A program made the translations under genes and the position numbers. This document shows, one piece after another, positions 16,888 through 31,620 of a stretch of DNA of 64,000 bases. Origin of the DNA: the human T2T-CHM13v2.0 reference genome, Homo sapiens. The notes beneath the pieces are model-generated. The model worked only from the letters and a program-made list of their open reading frames with translations. It had not been told where the DNA came from and made no database searches. Within the stretch, counting starts at the first letter, position 1; each line of letters opens with the position of its first letter. The stretch lies in the NCBI RefSeq assembly GCF_009914755.1, contig NC_060926.1. One strand, written 5' to 3'.

Positions 16888-17128
16888 GACAGCAGCAAAC
16901 TCATGTATTGCTGACATGACATTAGAACATGACAGGTTACATTTCAATGCTTTAGATATGTTAAATTTTATCTTCACGTATACTTCTAAGGTAGATATTA
17001 TTATGAGGTATTCCTACAGTTTAGGAAACAGAAGCACAGAGAAGTTACATATTGTAACCAATGCTCTGAAGAACTAGAATTTAAACCCAGGTAGTCTGAC
17101 TCTAGAGTGCATGTTCTTAACCACTGCA
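16888..17128 (-). mobile_element. MIR
   Basis: gaaacagaagcacagagaagtta...aaacccaggtagtctgactctagag..tcttaaccactg. Confidence 0.8.
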
Positions 17129-17192
17129 ATATTTGTGTCTCTATCCACTCTGTCCTCTTGCAGCAAAAAAGGTGACATCTTGGTTGATCACC

Positions 17193-17647
17193 TGAGATAG
17201 TCAGTTTTATATGTCAATTTGGTTAGACTATAGTCCCCAGCTATTCAGCCAACCATAAATCTAGGGATTGCTCTGAAGATATTTTGTAGAGGTGATTAAC
17301 ATACACAGTCAGTTGATTTTGGGGAAAGGGAATTATCTTTGATAACCTAGGTGGGCCTGGTTCAATCAGTTTAAAAAAATTAAAAGCAGAACTGAGGTTC
17401 CCCTGAAGAAGGGAAAATTCTGTCAATGGAATGAAGCTTCTTCTGCATGAGAATTTCTAGCTTATACTTCTGGATGATCTCTCTTACAAATTTCAGACTT
17501 GCATAGCCAGCCTCAACAACTGTGTAAGCCAATTCTTTGCAATCTTTCTGCAATCTCTCTCTCTCTCTGTTTCTGTCTCCCTCTGCCCCTCTCTCTCTAT
17601 TTCTCTATCTCAGGTTTGGTTTCTGTGGTGGAACCCTGACCAATATA
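17193..17647 (+). mobile_element. MLT2D-like ERVL solo LTR
   Basis: ttttatatgtcaatttgg...ggaaccctgaccaatata; 5-bp TSD tcacc/ccacc. Confidence 0.85.
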
Positions 17648-17699
17648 CCACCCTATAGTTTTCCAGATGACAGGTCTCAGCTATATAATCAAAGTTTTC

Positions 17700-18680
17700 A
17701 AATATTTAAAATGTGTGCCAAATATTAAATATTAGTAAATATCCAAGAATCACCGAATATTTTAAGAAAACTTGTAACTTAAAATAAAATTATAAAAGGA
17801 CAAAACATAAACCTCAGAGAATGCAGAAAAAAATCAGGAAATTGAAAAAAAAAAATTAAAAATCATCATTAATATTCTTTAATTAGTTTCCTCAGAGGAC
17901 CAAAAGGATGTTGAACAATGAAAGAACAAAGAAGAGCTCCTGGAAATTAAAATATAATTGTAAAATAAAAATTCAACAGAATGTTCAGAAGATAAAACTA
18001 AAGAAATTATGTATGTAGTATTGCAAAAAGAAAGGGAGATAATAGAGAAAGAGAGATAAAGTAAAAATCAATCCAGTTCTAACTTGACGTGAATGAGTTA
18101 CAAAAAGAATTGAAGAGTTAACCATAAGGAGGGAAGTTATAAAAGCCAAAATACAAGAAATGTCCTGGGGTGGAAGACATAGTCTGAATTTTCAGAGGTG
18201 CCACTGAGTGTTTAGCATAATGAATGAAAAAGATAAACAGCTGGACACATCACTGTGAACGTTAGAGATAAAAAAATTCTAAAAGAGAAAAAATTTTTTA
18301 AAGAAGTATGGGGAAAATAAAGCAGTGTGCCACAAGAGACTAGAGTCAGACAGGGATTATTATTTTCTTACCAGCAGCACGATGTGCACTAGAAGAATTA
18401 GAATAAAGCTTTCAACCCGTAAGAGAAAGTTATTTCTACATAAAATTTCATACTGGGCCAATAAATTGTAATGGCATTCAGGCAAGTAAGAAAAGAGGAA
18501 AAATGCCTCGTAACTACCCCACAGGAAGTTTCTTAAGCCTATGCAATAGTAAAACAAAGCAGAAAAATACGAAAAATAGTTGTAATTCCAGAAGCATGGC
18601 AGCCACCACAGAGGAGAGTAATGAAGGATGATAGCTGTACAGTAGACCTGGAGAGCACTCAGCCCAGGTAAGGGAAGCTC
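17700..18680 (+). mobile_element. Ancient L1M ORF1-region remnant
   Basis: Strongly A-rich, with motifs such as aagaagagctcctggaaattaaaa and gacacatcactgtgaa. Highly diverged. Confidence 0.6.
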
Positions 18681-19840
18681 TTTGTGTTCAGACTGTCAGG
18701 TAGAATTCAAGCAGAGAGATGTGTCTGGTCCTGCACAACCATATTCCAGTAACACCACACACACCTAAGAAGGGCAATGATTACTTTTCTTTGGTTGCTT
18801 TTGTTGCTCCAATGTGTGCACACAATTGAGATCCAGGTTTCCTATGCCCAACCACCTTACTGCCTTAACCTGACCTTTCCCATAGCTTAAGGGGGTCTTG
18901 CTGGATCCCCACCTACTAATCTTCCCTGACACTCTTTTACTTTCTTTACTTTTATAGTGATTATCGCCGTCAATATGGCTTCATAAAGCTTCTTACAGAA
19001 AATCCTCAACTTGGTGATTCCAGCTTTCTCTGATTTCTGATGTTGTTACAACTATCCCTGTAACTAAATTCCTTAATAAATTTAATTGAAAAATTGAGAG
19101 GAAGTATATTTAAACAAATGAACTCAAATTATTAACTTAAATAGGGAATGTAGTGTTGGACAGCCATTCAAAGTGACCAAGGCTAATTTATATATGTGTA
19201 CTTCAATTACTTGTTAATTATCTTGAGGTCTTCACTCATGGGGTAGTTGTCTTCTCATAACAATATAAAAATTATAGAAAAAGTGTTCACTGTCTTTATG
19301 GTGACCTTAGTAGTTTGGACAGAATATGTTAACTGATAGCTTTGCACAGTGCTGCTGAAAAATACCCTCAGCACACTCTCATTTAGTGAAGCCACTGGTA
19401 TATTGTGTCTGTCATTTTTGTTTTAAAATTGGCTCTCTTTATTGAGGCAAAGTTCTTCATTCTTTTATTTCTACTGGTTATTCATTTATTTATTTGTGCT
19501 GCATATCAGACATGTAAAACACAGTTCTTTTTTCTTAATGGAAGGCACACAAACCAGATGGAAAGGACAAAAATATAAAGGAAAAAAAACTAGTTGTGAA
19601 ATTAAGCACACATTCCAGTATAATGAACCATATAATTAATCTAAGAACAAAATGATAAAGTCCCTAATTGTACATATATTCTACTGGTTCTTTGTTGATT
19701 TGGTTACTAACTCAACTGTTTCATTTAATACTCTGAGTTAATGAGGGATTTCATATTCTAACAAGATGAACATTATAGGATTTCTGCCTTTAGCCCAAGG
19801 TTCTCATAAGTCTGGATAGTAAACACAAGTAATGATTAGA

Positions 19841-19997
19841 GGTGTGTGTGTGTGTGTGTTTGTGTGTGTGCATGTGTATGGAGATGTGTATGTATGTGCA
19901 TGTATACATATGTTTTGTTTGTGTATGTGTTTGTGTGTGTGTATGTGTATGGAGATGTATGTGTTTGTGCATGTATACATATGTATATATATGTACA
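19841..19997. repeat. Compound (TG)n/(TA)n microsatellite
   Basis: Directly visible; contains a 71-bp higher-order period. Confidence 0.95.
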
Positions 19998-22166
19998 TTT
20001 TATACATTGCCCTCAGAATGACAAAACACAACGTATATAATTAGTGGAATACAAAAAAGCTAAGCTAAATGCTGGACTGCAATAAAACTGTTAAAGAAAT
20101 TCTAAAAGATTGCTTGAGGAAAGGGTCTTATATGGAGGCTTTTCATAGGTAAGGCTTTAGGAAGGATATTCTTAAAAGAAGATATGGCAAGAACAAAGGT
20201 ACAATAATATCTTCAGAGACTAGTGATTGTAACAGCTTGACTATGCTTATGGAATGATGAGAAGGTGGTGGTAGAGAAGTGATTGGCAATATTACAATAG
20301 TCTACGTATCCACATATGAATTTACATTTGAAATATGCTGGCAAATAGGAGTAGGGAGGAAGGATGTTTGTGGAAGATTGAAAAAGCACTGACAAAAAAG
20401 GGTGCTGTTTTTCATGGGACATGAAGCAAAAAGAGGGTTGATGATATCACTAAGCTTCAAAGTTAGGGGAAGGGGAGAGTGGTAGATTGTTAAGAGAATA
20501 TAGGAAAGAGGAATAGAAGCTGGTTTTGTTCAGCATGGAAGAGGGCACAGAAAGAGAGAAATGATGAATTGGAAAACTAAATTATCATATGTTTTAACTC
20601 CAGAGAGATTTTGCTCAAAATTATCATTTGCTTTTCTACACTTATTTCCTGAATTCAGATGTTGTGCAAAATTACTCTGCCATTGTTTCCAATCACCTAC
20701 ATATCAATGAGAATGCTAACAAGTAAGAAACGAATCAGAGTGGAATGATATTGACAGCTATCTCTGTAGCCTGTTATTATTTGACAATGTTCTACAACTT
20801 CATTAGTTCAATTGAATAGATACTTTGAAATAAAGTGACTAAATGGTTCAGCTGAATTTATAGCAATTCGCATACATTGTACAAAATTCATTTATGTAAC
20901 AGTGTACTGGAAATAGAATAGTATAGTCCTTAATGTATATTTATTAGTGCCAACAAAATATATTTCTATATCACAAATGCATGAAGGAATCAGTTTGCTT
21001 GAAATAGTGAATTTTATTCTTATTTTCTCTCTGGGATACATTTCATTCCTAAATGTCCTCTCCCACATCCAGAAGATTACTAGACAAATTCTGAATTGGC
21101 TTCAAAGGGAGAATCTGTTGCACAGCATCACTTGAGGGGATGGTTTTTCTGCTTTGCAAAAGGGACAGCTATGTTACATGTACAAGTGTATCAATGTCCA
21201 TCCCTGTTTCCTCAAATATATTCATGGAAAGTAACAGGAAGTCAATAAACATAAGAGCAAAATTATGGGAAATGCTGTCTCTCTTAGATAAAAATATTGG
21301 AATGATGTCCTATAATTTGGCTAATGTATTTACATTATACATTTATATATGCACATACACCTATATAGCATATGTACAAATTACCTATCTATTTATCTAT
21401 CTGATAAATCATTGTCACTCTGACTTTGGTTAGTATATTTCTACATCAAGTGGAATGCATTAGTTTTTATTATGTATTTGTTTTATATATTTTGTTTTCT
21501 AAAACATGAATCTAAATCAATATATTTGATATGTTTTTTTAACTGTGACCAATTTATAAAATAATTAGTGTTCATAACATTTGGAATTTCAGTATGTTTA
21601 AATTCATATTATGAGAAGATCAACAGGCTTATTATGTTTGCATAAATATTAGTATAGGCTGCTTTTATTATAGAATAAAGAAGAATAAACATTCTTTTGT
21701 CTTTTCAAAATACAGCTATGCACATACACATGAACACAAAACTATCATTTACAAATTATTCGGGAAAAATAATAATTTAAAAGAGCTATTTTTTTAGAGT
21801 CATCTTTACATTATCACTCTGGTGGGAAATGTCCCTATGCAATTCTTTTAAACTGTTCTTTATGTCTCTTAATAGAGCTTAGAAGATATTTTCAATTTCT
21901 TTAACTCAATTATATTTAATCTGTATTGTTTCAGAAACTCACAACAAAGTATTGAAGGGAAGGGTGAATTAAACTTTCTTGGGCACATGTAATGAAATGT
22001 GTTGAATATTTTAAATGTGTAAATGCATTCAATCCTCATAAAACCTATGAGGTAATTTTAAAATTATTATTACCTAACAGATTAGAAAAAAAGTAAATAT
22101 TTGTGAGTACCAGAGCTGATATTCAACTGAAGGTAAACCTCGTTCTATTCAGAAAAGTGTTTTCTT

Positions 22167-22472
<306 letters not shown>

Positions 22473-25400
22473 AGAAAAGCATTTTCTTAACATATTCCGC
22501 CCTTGTATTTAAACTTACCTTTATCTTCTCCCACTCTGATTATATGTTGAACATTTGTAACCCGGATTAAGGTTTTATTTCTTTGTGCTTTCATTAACCA
22601 GATTGTTAGTTTTCAGATACTGCTTTCTCCAAATAATATTTGTGAGGACACTGGATTTAATTTTCATAATTCATCTGTTCAATTTACTGTAGTAACGGGG
22701 CCCTGCGTCCACAAATTTGACCAAGTAAATGATACACAGGACTCTAATTCACTTAACAAATATAATTCCTTGGGATCTTGGGATAAGGAACATGCACAAA
22801 TCTTTTCTGTTGCTTGCTTTTACAATGAAGAGTTCTCATTGCCTATAGAAACTGGATAAAACAATATCATCGAAGAAAATACCCCACTGATTTTACTACA
22901 CAGAACATCACATGCATGCTATTTCAACAACATCTCCAACAGGGTTTTTATTTATAAAGATAAATATGAGCAAAGGACCAGTCCCACATTTCTAGGCAGA
23001 TCAGGAGGGAATAAAGAAGACATCCTGTCTCTTTTATTGTGTCCCAAATGCCTTCTGGATCGAGAGAGGTGAAAAAATACAGTGGCTTTCCGGGTGACTG
23101 CTATTGTCATTGACATGTAACATTTCTCATCAGAAGAAAGTTGGGAGCTAAGAATAATAAACACAGTATTTTTAATATTTAATCTGTCTTTAGCTATTAA
23201 ATCAATCTGAAAATTTCTAACAATCATGGCATTCAAAAGAGAGGCCCTGGTTCAATGTAAAAACCTATAGCCATCCTCATGTAGTTGATCATGAAAGGTT
23301 CAGAGAATATAATGTAAAAAGAAAAAATGTGGAGTAAAATTTCTCATCTGATCATTTGTACTCCCAATTGTGTAAGATAAAGGAATCCTCCCACCAATCC
23401 ATTTTGAATGATACATAGTCTCTCATGTCTGATTATCTTCATCCTCATCTCCTGTTGCTCTCCTGCTCCTTATATAACTAGGAATCCAGTCAGAAAATTG
23501 CTACTTAGTTCTCTACAGAGTCATAACTTTGAATAAGATATTTCCTTTACCTTGAGTAGATACTTATTTAAACTTCAAATCATTTATTCCTCTTTCAAGA
23601 TACAGATCAAGCACCACCTTCCCTAGAAATTCTTCCTTAACCTATCAATTTGAACTTTTTTTCTTTTGTCTTAATTTAAAAATACTTCCGTAAACACGTA
23701 CCATGTTTTAAACACTTATACATACATACATTATCTCACATGATTAAAACACCAACCTCCCTGGAGTACATACTGTATCTTACTTACCTTCATTGTTCAA
23801 GGGTTTTATGCGTCAAATGTAATATAGTAACTGATAGATCATGAATCAGTCCTGTAGAAGAGAATACTGCCCTTAGCTTTTGCTACCTTTGAACCATGAC
23901 ATGGCTTTCCATATTTGAGCAATAGTTCATCTCTTTGAATTACAATTAATCCAATTTTGAAAGAAAGTGATTGGTATAAATGTTACTTAGTGTCCTTTAA
24001 CATTTAAAATTCTATAATCATACCAATGTTTTTATCTCATGGAATAATTAATCCTCAGTCAGGCAGAAGTTATTTCATAACCACAAACTGGAGAAAAGGC
24101 AAATAACTATATCTTTCTTCTGCACAACAGAATCTTGAAAAATGTGACCCATATTGTTGAAAGTGAAAGTTTGTAATAAATGCATCAAAATGCGATAAAC
24201 AGATCTAGCACATCTACAGAAGTCCAGCTTGGCAGAAATTGTCATCATGTCAGGTAGCATAGGGTTAGCATCTATAAAAGAGAAATTAGTGAAATAATAG
24301 TCTCATCATTTTCCCTTAAACAAAAGAAATATTTAGTAAAAATGCATAGAATCACTTTTCCTTGAATCTCATAATTCTATAGAAATGTCATAAAATCATT
24401 TTTAGCTACTTTCTCCATTTTACTCCTGGCTAATTTTAATTTTATATTCTTCTAGGTATAAACAGAGGCTTTGAAAAAGGCAAAGAGAGGATCAGAGTAG
24501 AGGGAAAATTCTAAGTAGACTAGGAATAACCTTTGAGGAATCTTGAAAAGGTAAAGTTTTCAGTCTCATTATCTAGCTAAAGAAGCTTATACATAAGACA
24601 AAACAAATCATTGAAAGCTTAATATGAATAGGAACCAACTGTTTTTATAATTACTGTATTAGAGGAGACTGAAAATGCTCTGAATATTTATAAAAGTACT
24701 ATGTTAAAGATAAACTTGTTTCCCTTCAGCTTGGAAAAAAGCATAAAACTATAAAATAGTGTCTCAGTGTGTAAACAGTTTTCTAGAGGATCATAATTTT
24801 GTTTTCAACACATTTTTCTGGGGTTTCTGTAATTATATTTATTATTTGAAGTTTTAAACATGCAAACACCACATATAGAACCATAATTGTGAAAGTAAAT
24901 AAATTTTGAGATTTTCCAAATGTTTGATCTTTTATCTTCATAAATATTATTAATATTTTTAATATTAGTTTTAAAATGTTTTCTGAATATTTTAAAAATC
25001 AAGATATCACAAATTTTAGTCATAGTTCTATCAAACAATACTCTTCTGTCTTGAATAAAAAGGCATATTGGGTTGGCTTTGATTCAGGTGAATTGAATGC
25101 TCTTCATTGGGTATGAAAAGTATTCTTGACACAGACACTCATTCAAAGTCTCATCACCTTTACTGTAAGGGCCACTTATAGGAGTGAGTCCTTTCTAATC
25201 AGGAAGAAAATGGCAGAAATTTTACAGTATAATTTTTGTCTTCCGTATAGGCTTAGTTTGGCTTATCACCACATTTGAATTACAAGACTGACCTCTGGAG
25301 TTTACTGCGGCTGTGCTGCTAATGTTGAAGTCTCCAGGCCAAATTAATCATCACTACAGGCCAGCATGTGTGCCTTCTGGTTGTGACACATACATTTAGG

Positions 25401-25789
25401 TAATTATGGCAAAACCAGTTTACTGATTGTACAAAGAAAAGTTTAACATAATTTCCCTGCCAGGCAACCAAATCTATAATCCCCTTGATGGTCAGTGACC
25501 CATGTCCATCCAACTTTTAAATCCTTGATGAGTTCATTCTGAATATTGGTACACATCAGCAACGAACAACCTCAAAAGACAAGAAACATATGGGTTATAA
25601 ATTTTGTTAGTAATAAATTTAAGAATAGCAGAAATAAGTTAATGTATATAAAATACATTTTGGGAAATACAAAGATTTATATAAATATGAGATATTGCAA
25701 TAAACATAAACAACTGAATGGCATTTTAGGACATGCAGGAAAACCCCACCTTCTTCCATCAACCACTCAATTTTGATTACGAAAATAGA

Positions 25790-26278
25790 TCTCTTTTCTA
25801 GTTTTGATTCCTACAATTCCCATGAAACAGACTCCAAACCCAGCCTCTGAGAAGGCATGTGACTCTGGAACAGTGTCACGTTGCCTTAGCAGTAATGATT
25901 GTTCCAAGGATGGGCATGTGAACCATCATGAGTAATGAGAATGAGTTTATAAATAATTGTTGGTTCTGTGGGGAGCAGATTTTCTTCTTTGCTCTCTTTA
26001 ATGTTCAGCATAACCATTTTACAATAATAAGTGGCTCATCTCTCTGAGAATGAAGTCAATATAGTAAGAAGGAGAGTAGGAACTGATTAAGAGTTGGACA
26101 AAACCATGTCCTAGTGATACTGTTTCATTTCTTACTACATTAAGCAAAACCTACAAGCAGCCCTAAGTTTGTCTTTTTCCAAATTTACATAAACCAAAAA
26201 CTTCCAAAAGCCTAGTTCCTGAAACAAAAATTTAGTTGGAGTGTTTGTCAGTAGCAACCCAAAGGCCCTAATTGATCT
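25790..26278 (+). mobile_element. Old MLT1 (K/L-like) MaLR LTR
   Basis: gattgttccaaggatgggcatgtga; terminus gcaacccaaaggccctaattgat. Confidence 0.6.
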
Positions 26279-26489
26279 GAACAGAGTTTACTTGAGCCTT
26301 TAAGTACCAAAGCCTAAGGTCAGGGTCAGATAGTTCAGGAAAACGTAATGACAACCATATTTTTTTTTCTATTGCATTTCTTGTGAATTAGAGTACTGGG
26401 AAACACTCTACAGAGGGTGTCTGATGATAACATTGAGGCTTCCAGAGCAGCATGGCAGGACAGAGAGGGCACTGGCACTTCAGAAGGAG

Positions 26490-26742
26490 AAAGTGAAGCA
26501 TGGGTGTCTTGGTCCAAGGTTTCTGAGACCAGAGAGAATTGGTGTTAATCTGAGTTTTGGCATTTAGCAGCTGTGTGGCCTCAAACGTGTTACTCTCCAC
26601 TGTTAAACTTTAGTTATCTTACAAATAAAGAGGGGGCAAATTAATAGTAGCTGTTTAAGTCAGCAGGGGCTAAAAAATTATGCAAACCTCTTAGCACATT
26701 GCCTAGCAATAGTATGCTCTTGGTAAATTATTATTGTTATTA
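26490..26742 (+). mobile_element. MIR
   Basis: ttagcagctgtgtggcctc...cttagcacattgcctagcaatagtatgctc. Confidence 0.7.
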
Positions 26743-26944
26743 TACAACCCAAATGGGAGTCTTATCTTTGTCACTTACTGTTAACTAACTGTAACGCTAT
26801 TTCATTTTTCTAAATTCAACTGTTTTGGTTCATCAAGCAAAAGTGACAATTTTTGCCATATCTACTCCACAGAATTGTCATCAAATGAGAAAATGTGAGT
26901 CATTCAGAAGCCGTTATGAAACTGAGGTAGAAGTAAGGTGATGT

Positions 26945-27317
26945 GAGTAGCTCTAAACTTTTAGATATTCCAAAACAGTTAGTGACACTAAAATATATTC
27001 CTGAAACTCCTAATGTAATCTCTCCCATTCTATTGAATCAGAGAGTCTTCCAAGGTTAAAGGCCAGGTATTTAAAATTTGAAAAATCTCCACAGGTATTT
27101 CTGAAGCTCATGAAAGCTTGATGACTAATGCTTTTATACAGATTTTCAACCTTGGTCGCTTATTAGAATCACCTGGGGAGCTTTACGAACTACAGACGCC
27201 TAGGATCTAGCTCAGAGGAATTTAATCAGAAGTTTGGGCAGGAGGGCTAAGAGAATCCATATTTACAAAAGTTCACTAGGTGATTCTAATGTGTCTCCAT
27301 GATTGATAAGCGTTGTG
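26945..27317. mobile_element. Two adjacent MER5-type hAT-Charlie fossils (about 26945-27131 and 27138-27317)
   Basis: attagaatcacctggggagcttt...aggtgattctaatg internal inverted repeat; tattgaatcaga...caggtatttctga. Confidence 0.75.
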
Positions 27318-27339
27318 CTGGGGAAAAGGGAACGAAAAT

Positions 27340-27540
27340 ACATTTGTTGAGATCATCATATGTGCCAAGCATTGCACTAAGTGCTTTGCATATATTATCG
27401 TATTTGAATATCATTTTTAATTAACCATATAAAATAGGTATTACATCTATTCTTTGCAGTTAGGATCCAAGAGTCACAGAAGTTTGGTGACATGCTCAAG
27501 GATATGCAGCCAGCACACGGTGAAACAGTCATTTCAATTT
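27340..27540 (-). mobile_element. MIR
   Basis: tatgtgccaagcattgcactaagtgctttgcatatattat...gtgacatgctcaagg. Confidence 0.75.
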
Positions 27541-28874
27541 AAAAATTCATTTTAATTTAAAAAGATAAAAGTATGTTTCTTATTGAAACATATTCTTCAT
27601 TTATCGTTTTTTCCCCCAAAATATCAGATTTTCTTTAAAAGCTAAATGGAGATAGCTTGGAGGTTTAAAACTAATCACTAATAAAATCTCAAGCACATTC
27701 CATTGACAATTGCTATCTCTGTATCCAAAAAAGAAACACAAATTTTGAAACAGTCACTAAAAAAAAAAAAAAAATTCCTTCAAAACTGAAACCCTTAGGA
27801 ATACTGAGAACTATTCTAACAGCTTTAAAATAAGTAGGTTTTCATGAGATATTTGACAATGCACATATAAAATGGTTGCCCCTTGGGAACAAAATTAAGG
27901 AATTTAGAGTGAATGATAAACCACTGTATTATTACCCTAGGGAAAATAAAGTAAAATTTTTTAAACTTTATGGTCCCCCAAAGGGAACTCTGTATCTGAT
28001 GATATTTCAAAAGGCAGCACAGCTTGAAAGTATTTTTTTAAAGTCAGAGAAATTTTTATAAAAGTTTAACAATAAAATTCTTGCAATTTTAGAAAACATG
28101 AATTAAAAAATCCAGTGGGAATAGGGGTGGGGTAGAGGAGGAAGTCAGTTTTGAAAACCTGAGTAAGAGTTCACACTGTGAGGAGCTACAGAGAGTTTCA
28201 CATACATTTTGCCATTTGTTTGCAAACCAGTGGGTTAAAACTGTGCATTAAGACAGCTGCGACACTAACTGTATGCCTACCAATACTGTCTGCTGACCTC
28301 AAAGACTGCAGTTGCCAGCTTGAGCTGACACCTATAATGTGAGAAAATGGAAACCACACAATTAACACATTAAATTTATGGGAAAGCAGTTTCCTAAGCT
28401 AAGCGTTATAGGTCAGAGTAATCTCAACTCTCTCTGTATGTGGATAACTACTTGTGGGTGTAGTCCAGCAGATATTTTCTGACTTGTGGTCAAAAAAAAG
28501 TATTGATAAATGTATCTCTTTTGAAAGAAAAAAGATTGAATGGAGAGTGACATGGAAAAATTCCAAATTGTTGGCCTATATCTGAAGTACAGTTAGAAAA
28601 AAAATCAAGTAGGCCAGGCCTTATTTATTTATGTAAAGCAGTTATGCGTTGCTGGCGCCATGATTCCAGTGCTGATGATTAGCATTTTAATGTTTAGAAT
28701 AATGCTTGTCAATCATTAGCTTTTCCTGGTAAGTGTTACTAACATATCCATTTAAGCCATAAGAAAATTAAGAATGTCACGTGTGGCTGCCATGATAATA
28801 TTTCATTGTATTTTATTTTTGTCTGCTAAAATGATTTATTGAAAATTGCCTACTAGCAATGGTATGATGTAAAT

Positions 28875-29063
28875 CAGTGGATCTCTAACTTGAGCATGTA
28901 TCACAAACACTTAGAAGGTTTATTAAATCATGGATTGCTTGGTTCCACTGCTATAGTTTCTGATTTTGTAGTTCAAGCTGAGGCTGGCAAATTTCCATTT
29001 GTAACAAATTCCAAGTTGATGTTGTTGCTGCTGGTTCAGAAAACACACTTTGAGTAGCCTTGC
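28875..29063. mobile_element. MER5A
   Basis: cagtggatctctaacttgagcatgtatca...gctgctggttcagaaaacacactttgagtagc. Confidence 0.85.
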
Positions 29064-29172
29064 TATAAATAAAGGTACATTTGAAGGCAAGATAATAGTG
29101 ATAATAAAAACAACAGCTCCCACTTTTTGGGTACTCAGTATTTGGGCCGGATCTCATTAAAACCTCACAGGT

Positions 29173-29540
<368 letters not shown>

Positions 29541-30544
29541 TCAAAATGAGATCAAGAGTAAGGGATCAAGATAGGATTTGGATCCAGACTTGTCCAACTC
29601 CTAAACCTTCGACTTGAACAAAGGAGCTATAATAGTGGTTTTTTTTTCTGGTGTACTCTACATAAACTTATTAATGCAGAGTTCTTTTTCCTTTCTAAAG
29701 ACAGATTTGTTAAACATTGAAAGTACATAGAATCAAATATATGTAACATATCAATCACTATTTCATTGTATAGTTAATGTTAACCAATTCTCAGCAACTG
29801 AATCAAGAAGGGATAGCATACTGGTTCAAAAATCACAAAAAGGTTAACGGACTTTGATGCGATTTCATTCGAATTCCCATTAAAACATCAAAAGAAGTTA
29901 CAGGAGTAGATCATAAAAAGTGAAGAAAACTGAAACTAAAGCAAAGTCTAATAAACTAAGTGTGATTATTTGATAATGGTGTCTGGGAGGAAGTAACATG
30001 AATAAGGAGACTTGGGCTAGGAAGTAATAAATAATACAATCTGTGTTCCAAATCATATCAAAGTCCAAACAGATTTCAGGAAATAGGGGATTGAGAAAAG
30101 AATGTAGCAATTTCCTTTTTCATTCCCTTCTTCTTTTCCCTGACTCACGGACCCAGAGGAAATTAACTTGAAAACTAACAGTGACCACTCGACAGCCTCC
30201 TGGCAGCACCCTGTGAAGGAAACTTAGAGTTCTTTTTTCTTAAGAATCCAAGGATAACTGTGAGAACAACATATCCTAGACATTTCGGTTTTCAAAAAAT
30301 GCATGTTTTCAAAATATGAGAAAATCAGGAAGTTAGGATTAAAGATGCCTAAATGAAGCCTTTAGATCCTAAAATTGGGCAGGTGGTATGAATGTTCTCC
30401 TTTTCTATATCTGAGAAGAGTATCCAGTCACCACATGAGGGTAGTGTGGCCTACGCCAAGGGTCCTCACTTCTGATATGTTAAAAACAACAACAACAACT
30501 GAGCATGTCCAGATGTTGCCTCATTCTAGAATGAAGAAACAAAT

Positions 30545-30566
30545 ACACACACACACACACACACAC
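30545..30566. repeat. (CA)n microsatellite
   Basis: Directly visible. Confidence 0.9.
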
Positions 30567-30799
30567 CCTTAAGGTACAATTGAAATGGAACAGAAAAGCA
30601 TAACTGCCAACTCCCCCCAACTCTAAAGTTATGTATATAATATAGTGGACAGTCCAAGTCAGTATGTAAAAATTATTTCATAAGTAGTTTGTAGGCCATT
30701 TGGCTAAATATTTGGCAAAATTTTAAGTTAAATAATTGCTCACATATGTTATGAAAATATCTTCAAAATGAGATATTTGAATATTAACAAATAAAAATA

Positions 30800-31620
30800 C
30801 TATAAGAAAATAAATATATAATTTGAGACATACCTACACTTTTATACATGATCCTAATTAAGGTAAAAAGAACAATTTGATAAATTTTTTCTCTACAACA
30901 TTACTTTTAGATCAATAAATCAAAACCAACAAAAATATTAAAAGCAAATAAAAATTTGGGAACATATGAAGAACAGTTACAAAATAAATGTTGATATATT
31001 CAATACAGACACATATATTTGAAAACAATTTTGAAGAATGAGAAAAAGTCAACAGAACTATGGGCAAAATGTGGACAGACAAAGTTCACCAACAAAGTTG
31101 CCAATGATTATTAAACATATAAAAATGTTTTCAATCTGTGTAACCATCAATGAAAGGCAAATTAAATGATGATATATTCAACTTAATTACCATATATCAT
31201 CCCAGCTTAAAAATAATAAAACCCGGAGAATGAGTTTTATTATTCTTTTCCACTATGGTGGAAATATAAATTGTCACAGCTTTTTATGGGACAATTTGGC
31301 AATTCATCAATTTTTGAACCTCTGTATGTATTCATTCAGTAATTTAGCTTCTAGGCATTTCTCATAAGAGTGTAATTATTGTCAGGGACAAATGTAAAAT
31401 TGTAAAAATATTAGTTGGACACTATTTAAAAATGGAGAAAAATGAGAAAATAATTTATCCCAAATAAGTATATGAATTTGTGTGTGTCCATAAAACATTT
31501 TATATAATTATTAAAATATGGTTAAGTGAAAGTACTTACTGAGTGGAAACATAATTTTGATGGTTAACTAACAAGAAACATTTCAAAACAGAATGTACAC
31601 TATTATGCTGTGTATATGCA
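30800..31620 (+). mobile_element. Ancient L1ME ORF2 3' remnant
   Basis: ggtggaaatataaattgtcacagctttt..ggacaatttggcaat; taaacatataaaaatg. Highly diverged. Confidence 0.6.

Noticed and set aside
19790-20044. His/Thr- and Cys/Val-rich ORFs
   Set aside because: Translations of the TG/TA microsatellite.
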